NCBI GenBank assembly: GCA_041664745.1 | Contig: JBAYKD010000002.1 | Location: 6,126 to 70,125 of the forward strand | Source of the DNA: Minisyncoccota bacterium | GTDB lineage: Bacteria > Patescibacteriota > Minisyncoccia > Phycocordibacterales > UBA9973 | Direction of reading: 5' to 3' | Length of the DNA: 64,000 bases | Shown: positions 25,625 through 35,208 of the stretch, one piece after another | Layout of the letters: each line of letters begins with the position of its first letter | Numbering within the stretch: position 1 is the first letter of the stretch | Notes under the pieces: model-generated | Seen by the model: only the letters and a program-made list of their open reading frames with translations | Told to the model about the DNA's origin: nothing | The model's database searches: none | Program-made: the position numbers and the translations under genes

Positions 25625-26011
25625 ATGAATAAAAAAATATTAGGGTTAGTAGGAGTAGCAACATTAGCACTAGGTGCATTAGTTATACTTCCAAGTATGA
25701 CACTCGCTTATCGAGGGGACGCATCAGTTAAGGGACCAAATTATACAGTAGAACGCCATGATGCAATGGAAAAAGCTTTTGACAACAATGACTTTACAGC
25801 TTGGCAAACACTTATGACAGGACGAGGCAATGTAACACAAGTTGTTACTAAAGATAACTTTGCAAAATTTTCTCAAATTCACAAACTAACAGAAGAAGGT
25901 AAAACAGTAGAAGCCAATGCTTTAAGAGCAGAACTTGGCTTAGGGTTACATAATGGAAAAGGCAATGGTATGGGACAAGGCAGAGGTATGGGAATGATGC
26001 ATAATCGTTAG
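25625..26011 (+). CDS. secreted hypothetical protein with Gly/Met-rich tail
   Basis: Signal peptide, helical body, and C-terminus HNGKGNGMGQGRGMGMMHNR. A hairpin terminator follows (ACCCCGATTTATTCGGGGGT). Confidence 0.5.
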   Translation: MNKKILGLVGVATLALGALVILPSMTLAYRGDASVKGPNYTVERHDAMEKAFDNNDFTAWQTLMTGRGNVTQVVTKDNFAKFSQIHKLTEEGKTVEANALRAELGLGLHNGKGNGMGQGRGMGMMHNR

Positions 26012-26070
26012 TTATTAATTTTTAATTCCTTACCCCGATTTATTCGGGGGTTGGTTTTAAAAAATATATT

Positions 26071-26613
26071 ATGTTTGAATATGAAAACAAAACAGACGAA
26101 GAAGTAGTTCTATATATCCAATCAAAAGATCAGGAGGTATATTTTGTAATAGTAGAGAGATATCAAGCTAAACTCTCGCGTTACGTTAATTCTATTGTTC
26201 ATGATGAAGCTAAGGCATCTGATATAATACAAGAAACTTTTATAAAAGCATTTATTAATTTACGAAGTTTTGATAATAAGAAAAAGTTTTCAAGTTGGAT
26301 TTATCGTATTGCCCACAATGAGGCAATAAATGCAATTAAGAAAAATCGCAAAGAGGTGTCTTTTGAAGAAGATTTTGATATACAAAGTGATGAAAATATA
26401 GTAGATAATTTTGAGAGAAAAGAGATATCTTCCAAGGTGGAAAAATGTATAAGTAAAATGTCGTTAATATACTCTGAACCGTTGGTCCTGTATAGTATAG
26501 AAGATAAATCATATGAAGAGATAAGTGATATTTTAAGAATTCCAATGGGAACAGTTGCCACAAGGATTAGTCGAGCTAAAATTTTAATGAAAAATATATG
26601 TCAAAAGAGTTAA
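26071..26613 (+). CDS. ECF-type sigma-70 family RNA polymerase sigma factor
   Basis: Region 2 (IIQETFIKAFINLRSF..FSSWIYRIAHNEAINAIKK) and region 4 HTH (SYEEISDILRIPMGTVATRISRAK). Confidence 0.85.
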   Translation: MFEYENKTDEEVVLYIQSKDQEVYFVIVERYQAKLSRYVNSIVHDEAKASDIIQETFIKAFINLRSFDNKKKFSSWIYRIAHNEAINAIKKNRKEVSFEEDFDIQSDENIVDNFERKEISSKVEKCISKMSLIYSEPLVLYSIEDKSYEEISDILRIPMGTVATRISRAKILMKNICQKS

Positions 26614-27086
26614 AAAAAACAACAGAAGAGATAATGAGTAAAATTCACAAAGGACAAATCAAAATGCGTCCAAGATTATATTTCGTATTTGGTTATATTT
26701 TCGCAATAATTGGGTTGGTTTTTTCTTTTATTACTTCTATATTCTTTGTAGGATTAACAAGATTCACTTTAAGATCTCACGGACCAATGGGAGAGTATCG
26801 TTTAGAGCAATTACTCTCAACTTTCTCTTGGTGGATGCCAGTATTAGCTATTATTGGATTGATAACTGGTATATGGTTGCTTCGTAAATATGATTTTTCA
26901 TACAAGATAAATTTTAAGTTATTAATTATAGGTTTAGTAGCATCTATATTAATAGCCGGTTTTGTTATAGATATGACGGGATTAAATGATTTTTGGCTTC
27001 ACAGAAGCCAAGGTCAGGGTCAAGGTTATAGACAGGGACAATTTAGGAGTTTAAATAGCTTTCCTGTATTTAATCGTCTTAATTAA
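26598..27086 (+). CDS. putative anti-sigma / membrane protein coupled to the ECF sigma
   Basis: It overlaps the sigma gene by 16 nt. It has 4 predicted TM helices and a Gly/Gln-rich tail SQGQGQGYRQGQFRS. Confidence 0.45.
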   Translation: MSKELKKTTEEIMSKIHKGQIKMRPRLYFVFGYIFAIIGLVFSFITSIFFVGLTRFTLRSHGPMGEYRLEQLLSTFSWWMPVLAIIGLITGIWLLRKYDFSYKINFKLLIIGLVASILIAGFVIDMTGLNDFWLHRSQGQGQGYRQGQFRSLNSFPVFNRLN

Positions 27087-27132
27087 TAATAAGTATTATT
27101 TACTATTTATTATTTTTTAGTATAATAGCCAG

Positions 27133-28341
27133 ATGTTTTCAAATACTCTAGAAGGTAATATTCTCAAATACAATTTATATAAGACTTTTACAAAACGAGT
27201 GTTTTTACCTTTGATAGCTGTTTATTTAACGACGATTGGTAATGTAACTCTTACACAATTGGGAATTATTGCTAGTATTACTGCTGTTGTGAGTCTCTTT
27301 ATGGAAGTGCCTACTGGTTACTTTGCGGATAAGATGGGTCATAAAAAAAGTTTATTACTGGGTTCTTTTATAACTGCAATATCTCCACTTTTTTATGTAA
27401 TTATGCCTAATTTTATTGGTGGTATTTTAGGCTCAGTTTTATTTTTTGCGGGTTCTTCTTTTACACAAGGAGCTATCCAAGTCTTTATTCATGAGACACT
27501 AATAGGATTAAAAAGAGATCAAGATTATGTGAAGATAATGGGTAAGGGACAGAGTTATGGACTCGTTGGCAATACTATACTATTAGCTATAATTCCTTTA
27601 ACTTATAGTATTCATCCATCATTACCATTTATAGCTGGATTTATTTGTCTTTTTATTGCATTTTTATTGGTTCTTTCTTTTAAAGAACCGGATGTTCATT
27701 TAAAAAGTAATGAAGATAACAATGTTTCATTTTTTCATGAGGTAAAAAATTCTTTTTCTCGTAAATTAATTTATAGTATGGCTTTGATTTTTCTAATTTT
27801 TGGAATTGCTACAGCAACTTTTAATAGTAGTACTATTTATCGAGAAATTGTTTTTACAAATTTTAAAATACCAGTTTCCTATTTTGGTTTTATTTTAGCA
27901 TTTGGAAGTCTTTTGGCTGCATTAACCGGCAATTATATTCACCATCTTAAAAAGTTAAAAGCCATTACTTTTTATATTTTTGATGTTTTATATATAGTAA
28001 TTACTTTAATGTTAATTAGTTTTGCTAAAAGTCCGATACTTGTCATATTGGCCTTTAGTTTAATACCAATTTATAGTAGAACGCGTGCTATAATTTTTGA
28101 ATCAGTTATTTTTGAAGAATTTCCGAAAAGTAATTATAAGGCTACACTAATTTCAATAATGAATTTTTTCTACCTTGGAAGTGCGATTGGTATTCCTCTT
28201 ATTTTTGCATTTACGGTTAGTAAATATGGAATAATGAAAGGTCATTTTATTTTTGGCTTAATAATTATTACAATTCTTCTCCCGATCTTTTTGATGCTGT
28301 ATTTGGTAAAAAGGAATAACCCCAACAAAAAGGTGAGTTAG
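27133..28341 (+). CDS. MFS-type transporter
   Basis: About 12 TM helices, with the loop 2-3 motif GYFADKMGHKKS. Confidence 0.7.
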   Translation: MFSNTLEGNILKYNLYKTFTKRVFLPLIAVYLTTIGNVTLTQLGIIASITAVVSLFMEVPTGYFADKMGHKKSLLLGSFITAISPLFYVIMPNFIGGILGSVLFFAGSSFTQGAIQVFIHETLIGLKRDQDYVKIMGKGQSYGLVGNTILLAIIPLTYSIHPSLPFIAGFICLFIAFLLVLSFKEPDVHLKSNEDNNVSFFHEVKNSFSRKLIYSMALIFLIFGIATATFNSSTIYREIVFTNFKIPVSYFGFILAFGSLLAALTGNYIHHLKKLKAITFYIFDVLYIVITLMLISFAKSPILVILAFSLIPIYSRTRAIIFESVIFEEFPKSNYKATLISIMNFFYLGSAIGIPLIFAFTVSKYGIMKGHFIFGLIIITILLPIFLMLYLVKRNNPNKKVS

Positions 28342-28352
28342 AATATTATTTG

Positions 28353-28442
28353 TGGCGGAGCCAGCTGGATTCGAACCAGCGGGGGAAATTACTCCCCGCC
28401 TCTTTAGCAAAGAGGTAGATTAAACCACTCTCCCATGGCTCC
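28353..28442 (-). tRNA. tRNA-Ser (anticodon GCU), CCA encoded
   Basis: GGAGCCA acceptor, anticodon arm CCTCT-TTGCTAA-AGAGG, long variable arm CGGGGAGTAATTTCCCCCG, T-loop TTCGAAT, discriminator G, terminal CCA. Confidence 0.9.
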
Positions 28443-28540
28443 GTAACTCTAAAGTATCATATTTAGACTTATTTCTCAATGATATTTATAAATATAAAAA
28501 ATTGTGCTAATATACATAAAGTTTAGTATTGTATATATAA

Positions 28541-28627
28541 GGAGGCGTGGATGAGTGGTTTAAATCAACAGTTTACTAAACTGTCGAACCTTTACCGGTT
28601 CCGTGAGTTCGAATCTCACCGCCTCCG
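28541..28627 (+). tRNA. class II tRNA with Ser-like architecture and apparent anticodon ACU
   Basis: Acceptor GGAGGCG/CGCCTCC, Ser-type D-arm, anticodon arm ACAGT-TTACTAA-ACTGT (perfect 5-bp stem, 7-nt loop), long variable arm CGAACCTTTACCGGTTCCG, T-loop TTCGAAT, discriminator G. Confidence 0.7.
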
Positions 28628-28663
28628 CAAAGTTTTTATCGAAGCAAATTATTAATTAATTAA

Positions 28664-29956
<1,293 letters not shown>

Positions 29957-29958
29957 AA

Positions 29959-30075
29959 AACACTCCATAAGAATATTCTCGGACTCACCACGCATATTTC
30001 CTTGCTAGGAAATTGCTCTGCTCGGCCCAGTCGGCCTGCGCAAGTGTTCCCTCGAGAACATTCTTATTACGTGTT
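29959..30075 (+). repeat. about 117-nt palindromic intergenic element, copy 2 (3 nt after the eno stop)
   Basis: The termini match copy 1 (AACACTCCATAAGAATATTCTCGGACTCACCAC ... CTCGAGAACATTCTTATTACGTGTT). The central core is diverged (GCTCTGCTCGGCCCAGTCGGCCTGCGCAAGTGTTCC). Confidence 0.8.
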
Positions 30076-30108
30076 TTTTTAAAAAATATTTTGTGATACA
30101 ATATATAT

Positions 30109-30285
30109 ATGGAAACAATACAAACGTTTATACAAACTATTTGGGCCTCGATTCTTGTTCTTGGTTGGGTGAAAGTTATTATTGCGGCTGTCGCAATATC
30201 TGTTTTATCTAAGTATCAATATATCTTAGGTCTCGTTGCCGCAGCACTATTCATTGCATACTTGGCTCATTGGATAGCATTCTAA
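30109..30285 (+). CDS. possible 58-aa two-TM membrane peptide
   Basis: Own translation: METIQTFIQTIWASILVLGWVKVIIAAVAISVLSKYQYILGLVAAALFIAYLAHWIAF*. It is followed by a strong hairpin (AAGGAAAAGAGTGAGGC-GTA-GCCTCGCTCTTTTCCTT). It falls below the ORF-track size cut-off. Confidence 0.35.
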   Translation: METIQTFIQTIWASILVLGWVKVIIAAVAISVLSKYQYILGLVAAALFIAYLAHWIAF

Positions 30286-30350
30286 TATTGGGGGAATAAA
30301 GGAAAAGAGTGAGGCGTAGCCTCGCTCTTTTCCTTGTATTTTGAGAAAAT

Positions 30351-30524
30351 ATGACTACAAGGTATAATAAAAATATGAAACCAGATTCTTATAAAACGTG
30401 GTTAATAATATCTATTATTATTATTGGTAATATTATGGTCTTCGTTATGTTATCGAAAAAATTAGAGAATTATGTAGTGGTTAAGATGGATAGTCAGGAG
30501 GCTATTGATGTGCTAAAACTTTAA
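30351..30524 (+). CDS. possible 57-aa single-TM peptide
   Basis: Own translation: MTTRYNKNMKPDSYKTWLIISIIIIGNIMVFVMLSKKLENYVVVKMDSQEAIDVLKL*. It ends 2 nt before the next gene. Confidence 0.3.
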   Translation: MTTRYNKNMKPDSYKTWLIISIIIIGNIMVFVMLSKKLENYVVVKMDSQEAIDVLKL

Positions 30525-30526
30525 AT

Positions 30527-31063
30527 ATGGCAAACGTAGAATTAACAAAAATACAAATTTTCAAAAAAAATATTTGGAAGCATTTATACAAATATTTTCC
30601 CTGGGTTCAAAAACACTTTTTGAAGTGGCATTTAGTATGGCACGAAAAGGGTCGCCAGCCTTATCATGTCGGATGGCTCGCACCAGGTAAAACCCTAGAA
30701 GAACTCGAAAAGCATTTACATAATGAATGGGGTTTCGGGAACCATTTCGTAGCATGGAAAGATAGTGGGCAAGTTCTTTCGTGGCGCAAGCTTGAAGATT
30801 TTGATAATCAATATCACATAAGAGTCTTTAAAGATGGCGAGATAAGAGGGCACCATGAATTCACCCCTGAGAGTAGGCCACTAGAGCACTTCGTTGAGAT
30901 TAACGAAGAACAAAGAATGGATGAATTTAAGAAATTTTTGGGAAGTTATATTGTAGAGAGAAAATATATTTCACATTTAAAAATAGACAGAAAGACAGCT
31001 CCTGATTCTGAAATTACAGTGGATGATCCACTAGACAAAAATGGAAGACACAGAAAAAATTAA
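30527..31063 (+). CDS. hypothetical protein (His/Trp-rich, no recognised family)
   Basis: 178-aa ORF that overlaps the downstream HAD-like gene by 23 nt, which suggests coupling. Confidence 0.5.
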   Translation: MANVELTKIQIFKKNIWKHLYKYFPWVQKHFLKWHLVWHEKGRQPYHVGWLAPGKTLEELEKHLHNEWGFGNHFVAWKDSGQVLSWRKLEDFDNQYHIRVFKDGEIRGHHEFTPESRPLEHFVEINEEQRMDEFKKFLGSYIVERKYISHLKIDRKTAPDSEITVDDPLDKNGRHRKN

Positions 31064-32042
31064 AAATACAATAAAGATTTATTCAGAACTTCCCGGGATT
31101 AATGGGAATTTCAGCTCGATTTCTATAACTCTCGGAGAGGATGGTACGCCCGCGGCTTTGGCCTTTTTTGATATTGATAAGACTTTGGCAGAATTGAAGA
31201 ACATCCATGGAGCAGCTATTAGGACTTTATTCAAAGAGCTTTTCGATAAAGAGTTTGAGGGGATAGAAGAAGTTTATTTTAAGGGCTTCCGCTTAGGAAA
31301 TTCATTCCGCGAATTTGACCGCATGAACGGGATTTATAATTTAGGTTTTAAAGAGTGGATTGATGAGGATGTCTATATTAAAGAACGGCTAAATCATAAA
31401 AAGAAGGAGATAGATAGTGATGGCAACGAGACCCATAAAATCGCCAAAATGTATCTCGATAGATACGCTATTATTGCATCAAAAATAGCGGAAGATATTT
31501 ATAGAAATGATAAAGAAGAATTTGAAACTTCAAAAATCAAGCCAGTATTTGCGCTCGCAAAGTTCTACCAAAGTATGGGGATACCAATGTTCGGCATGAC
31601 AGCCAATGGCAAAGACTTTGTCCATACTATTGCCAAGTATTTAGGCTTGTCAGAGTTATTTATAGATATAGCGACCGATGAAGACATGGTAGGAGGTGGA
31701 AAAGAAATAATAATTCCAAAACTTATTAAACGAATGGAAGATAAGGGAATTAAAATTTCAAAAGAGAAGCTCGTCATAGTAGGAGATTCACTTTTTGGTG
31801 ATATTGGTAGTGGTTATAGATTCAAAGAGAATGGGCAAGAAGTTTTCATTAAAGGAATCCTTGTTCTAAAAGACATGAATGAATTACAAGTAATGAAAAA
31901 TCAAATCGAAAAGAATAGTGAATTAAAAAAGATTATAGAGAATACTGATACAGAAGCTTTTATAGTAGAAAATGTAAAAACAGACGCAAACGGCACCCCA
32001 CTAATCATGGGGGACAAAAAGAATTTCTTAATTAAGCTTTGA
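31041..32042 (+). CDS. HAD-superfamily hydrolase-like protein (paralog of 8063..9097)
   Basis: FFDIDKTL (motif I), GMTANGK, and VGDSLFGDIGSG (motif IV-like). It is collinear with the 8063..9097 product. Confidence 0.6.
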   Translation: MEDTEKIKNTIKIYSELPGINGNFSSISITLGEDGTPAALAFFDIDKTLAELKNIHGAAIRTLFKELFDKEFEGIEEVYFKGFRLGNSFREFDRMNGIYNLGFKEWIDEDVYIKERLNHKKKEIDSDGNETHKIAKMYLDRYAIIASKIAEDIYRNDKEEFETSKIKPVFALAKFYQSMGIPMFGMTANGKDFVHTIAKYLGLSELFIDIATDEDMVGGGKEIIIPKLIKRMEDKGIKISKEKLVIVGDSLFGDIGSGYRFKENGQEVFIKGILVLKDMNELQVMKNQIEKNSELKKIIENTDTEAFIVENVKTDANGTPLIMGDKKNFLIKL

Positions 32043-33236
32043 TTCTGGATAAATTATATCCCAGAGGGCAGCAGCTACGTTGTGAGACTTGCCTACTAGA
32101 GGGAAGTGATGAAGATCGATGAAGGGAGCGGAATTACATTCGATGACTCCGCATTTTGGTTGGTCTTTCCATGAAACAGATACATCATCCATAATGAAGT
32201 CTACTCCTATAAGTGGATCGTTTAGAACTTTGCCGATTTTTTCTAGCATTTCTTTATTATCAGGATGGACGACATCAGTCATATCCGTGAGTCCTCCGCC
32301 GACTGCACGACTCGTCTTCTGGCCGAGTGTCACTATCTCTTTATCTTTGGGAATTGTGTCGGCATTTTTACCCCAGTGTGTGAGTTCTTTGATGGCTTCA
32401 TCGTCTAGTGCAAGTTGATGAAAGATTGGTCCAGCTCGAAGTGGATTCTTGTTCTCAAGATCTATAAGTTCACGCACGTTGTGTACTCCATCACCGATTA
32501 CATAAGCTGGCTCACGACGAAGAACTGCTATCAATTTACCGCCGATAACTGTGCCTCTGTGTACATAGCCAGTAAGTTCTTCTTCAATCATAACCCAAGG
32601 TGAAAGTTGATGCGCAAGCTTATAAGCTTTGATTAATTCTTCTTCTGTCGATATATGCGTTGTAGTATGACGACTTCTGGAGCCTAAGTTTGGCTTTGTT
32701 ATTACTGGCTTATTTATTGAATTAAATATTTTCAATGCTTCTTTTTTACTACTTGCTATTCCTCCAGCTGCAACCTTGATGCCTTCTTTTGCAAAGTGCT
32801 TTTTCATTTCATTCTTATTATCCATCCATTCGAGACCTTTTGGATTATAGTCCTTTGTCCTTGGTAATACATCGAAAAATCTCATCTCGCCTTTAAATTT
32901 TGAAATAAATATATCATTACCGATTCCAAATAAGTGGAATTCTTTCATTGCGATTCCTCTTTTGGTAGCTTCCTCCCACAAGACTTTTGTTCGGAGACTA
33001 TCTTTATCATTTAAGGCTGTTGTTACATTACCAAAATGAAGTATTGTTAGAATTTTTATTAGTATTGGACCTATCCATTCTAGTTTATCTTCTGGTATCC
33101 ATCTGCCCATCCAGTTAGTCCAAGGTTCTATCTTGTTACTCAACCAAATAGAAATATAAACGAGCCTATGATTCACCTGTGCACCTCCGCAATCTACACA
33201 ATAATTTTTCTTTTTTTGTTCTGACATATAAAACAT
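32028..33236 (-). CDS. ATP-grasp family ligase (cyanophycin-synthetase-N-terminal-like / RimK-type)
   Basis: Start moved to MFYMSEQKKK (or MSEQ at 33227), because the ORF-track N-terminus reads through a GC-rich repeat. It has an N-terminal CxxC (YCVDCGG) and an ATP-grasp core (KPVITKPNLGSRSRHT..., VMIEEELTGYVHRGTVIGGKLIAVLRREPAYVIGDG, GVIECNSAP). Confidence 0.6.
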   Translation of the reverse strand: MFYMSEQKKKNYCVDCGGAQVNHRLVYISIWLSNKIEPWTNWMGRWIPEDKLEWIGPILIKILTILHFGNVTTALNDKDSLRTKVLWEEATKRGIAMKEFHLFGIGNDIFISKFKGEMRFFDVLPRTKDYNPKGLEWMDNKNEMKKHFAKEGIKVAAGGIASSKKEALKIFNSINKPVITKPNLGSRSRHTTTHISTEEELIKAYKLAHQLSPWVMIEEELTGYVHRGTVIGGKLIAVLRREPAYVIGDGVHNVRELIDLENKNPLRAGPIFHQLALDDEAIKELTHWGKNADTIPKDKEIVTLGQKTSRAVGGGLTDMTDVVHPDNKEMLEKIGKVLNDPLIGVDFIMDDVSVSWKDQPKCGVIECNSAPFIDLHHFPLVGKSHNVAAALWDIIYPESKLN

Positions 33237-33261
33237 AATAACATATTTATTTTTAATATAA

Positions 33262-33324
33262 AAAAGGGGAGGAAGAATTCGTCGCCCCCTGCGAAGGGGG
33301 AGATGCCGGAGGCAGAGGGGGTGT
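33262..33324 (-). repeat. GC-rich C-tract/G-tract hairpin element (family B), between comF and the ATP-grasp gene
   Basis: The reverse complement reads GACACCCCCTCTGCCTCCGGCATCTCCCCCTTCGCAGGGGGCGA. This is collinear with GACCCCTCCGCCTATGGCACCTCCCCTTAGCAGGGGAGGA at 58420..58458. Confidence 0.65.
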
Positions 33325-34011
33325 CTAATGTGCAACAGCAAAGCCGACGACCTTTTTCGCTCCAGACTTTTTCAAAAGCTTTATCATTTCTCCTAGTGTG
33401 CCGCCTGTAGTCGTGACGTCATCGATGATGATTATTATTTTACCCATAATCTGCTCCGCATCTTTTATTTCAAAAGCTCCTTTTATATTTTTCAATCTTT
33501 TGTTTCTATTTTCTATCCGAGCTTGTGGAACAGTATTGGCTTTTTTATAAATAATATCTTTTTTAATTGTAAATAAATTTGTATCTGCGAAATTACAAAA
33601 ACCTTTTGCTATTATTTCAGATTGATTATACCCACGGACCTTTCTTTTATCATTTGATATAGGTACTGGTACTATATAGATAGGGGAGCCAGCCGAAAAC
33701 ATTCGCAAAAGTTGTATCTCTTCTAAAAAAGATGAGTACAATAATTCTCCCAATTTTCTCCCCAAGTAGGGGGAGTGATAATACTTGAGTTTCCATATAG
33801 CCTTCTTAATTAAAGGGTCTCGATAGTCATATAAAGCCATTATTTTTTCTTCGGTGGGTCTTTCTGCCAAACGGAGCCCATCTATACAATTTTCACATAG
33901 TATTTGGCCTCCTTTTCTACACCCAAGACACTTGGAAGGGAATAGTATTTCTAAAATTAGACTGAATCCTCTTTTTATTGTATTAATAGTTTTTTTTGTA
34001 GTTCCCCCCAT
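33325..34011 (-). CDS. comF: ComF-family protein (phosphoribosyltransferase domain with N-terminal double CxxC)
   Basis: PSKCLGCRKGGQILCENC zinc-finger-like N-terminus and the PRT signature IIIIDDVTTTGGT. Confidence 0.8.
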   Translation of the reverse strand: MGGTTKKTINTIKRGFSLILEILFPSKCLGCRKGGQILCENCIDGLRLAERPTEEKIMALYDYRDPLIKKAIWKLKYYHSPYLGRKLGELLYSSFLEEIQLLRMFSAGSPIYIVPVPISNDKRKVRGYNQSEIIAKGFCNFADTNLFTIKKDIIYKKANTVPQARIENRNKRLKNIKGAFEIKDAEQIMGKIIIIIDDVTTTGGTLGEMIKLLKKSGAKKVVGFAVAH

Positions 34012-34054
34012 TTCATAATTTTACTATATATGTGTTATACTTAACAGTAGCACT

Positions 34055-35203
34055 ATGGATAATTCATTAAAGAATATAATATCATCTGGGTTAGCTAGCT
34101 TATCTCTAATGTTTTCTTCTGATAAATCCACTCAGAGTATTTTAGGTATCGATATCGGTTCTTCGGCTATAAAAATTGTTCAATTGAAGAAGAAAAATGG
34201 TAAGGCAATTCTTGAAACTTACGGGGCTATTTCACTTGGTCCTTATGGTAATACAGAGATAGGCACAGTCACCAATTTACAGGCGGATGATATAGTTCGA
34301 GCACTTTTAGATGTGATCAAGGAATCCAATGTAACAATTAAGTCAGGTGTTATAGCTATACCTTCTTCTGCAAGTCTAATTTTTACCATATCATTACCTG
34401 CCAATATCACTGAAGAAAAGTTGGCAAGCGTGGTTCCTATTGAAGCACGTAAATATATTCCTGTACCTATCGCCGAAGTAACTTTAGATTGGTTTATTTT
34501 ACCAAAGGAGACTGAGTCATCCGAGAATAACATCATGGAGCAGTCTAAAGTACAAACACCTGCTACTTCTAATACAGAAGTTCTTGTTGTAGCAATTCAT
34601 AACGACATATTAACTCGTTACCAAGAGATATTGAAAAAGACTGAATTGCATTCAGACTCTTTTGAAATGGAAATTTTCAGTAATATAAGATCTTCCTTTG
34701 CTCACGATTTAACTCCTGTATTACTTATGGATTTTGGCGCTTCGAAAACCAAGCTTTCTATTATTGAAGAGGGAGTTGTTCATGTTTTCCATGTTGTGAA
34801 TAGAGGAGGGGCTGAAATTACGAAAAATATTGCCTCATCTCTAAGTATTTCCTTTACAGAAGCTGAGAAATTAAAGCGCACTACAGGGCTTGATCTGAAT
34901 AGTAATCCTGAAGTTGCAGATATTGTCCGTTTGTCGATGGATTATATTCTTTCAGATACTAATAGTATTGTGTTTGCTTATCAGAAGAAGTATAATAAAA
35001 ACATCAGTAAAGTTATTTTGACTGGCGGCGGGTCTCTCACGAAAGGACTCATGGAAAGAGCAACATCCAATTTTCACACCGAAGTTGTTTACAGTAATCC
35101 TTTCGGGAAAACAGAAGCTCCAGCTTTCTTGACACCAATACTAGAGCTTAGTGGACCAGAATTTAGTGTAGCTGTAGGTTTAGCATTGAGACAATTATTG
35201 TAA
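34055..35203 (+). CDS. pilM: type IV pilus assembly protein PilM (actin-like ATPase fold)
   Basis: ILGIDIGSSAIKIVQLKKKNGK..., LLMDFGASKTKLSII, and ILTGGGS. Confidence 0.85.
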   Translation: MDNSLKNIISSGLASLSLMFSSDKSTQSILGIDIGSSAIKIVQLKKKNGKAILETYGAISLGPYGNTEIGTVTNLQADDIVRALLDVIKESNVTIKSGVIAIPSSASLIFTISLPANITEEKLASVVPIEARKYIPVPIAEVTLDWFILPKETESSENNIMEQSKVQTPATSNTEVLVVAIHNDILTRYQEILKKTELHSDSFEMEIFSNIRSSFAHDLTPVLLMDFGASKTKLSIIEEGVVHVFHVVNRGGAEITKNIASSLSISFTEAEKLKRTTGLDLNSNPEVADIVRLSMDYILSDTNSIVFAYQKKYNKNISKVILTGGGSLTKGLMERATSNFHTEVVYSNPFGKTEAPAFLTPILELSGPEFSVAVGLALRQLL

Positions 35204-35208
35204 TAATT

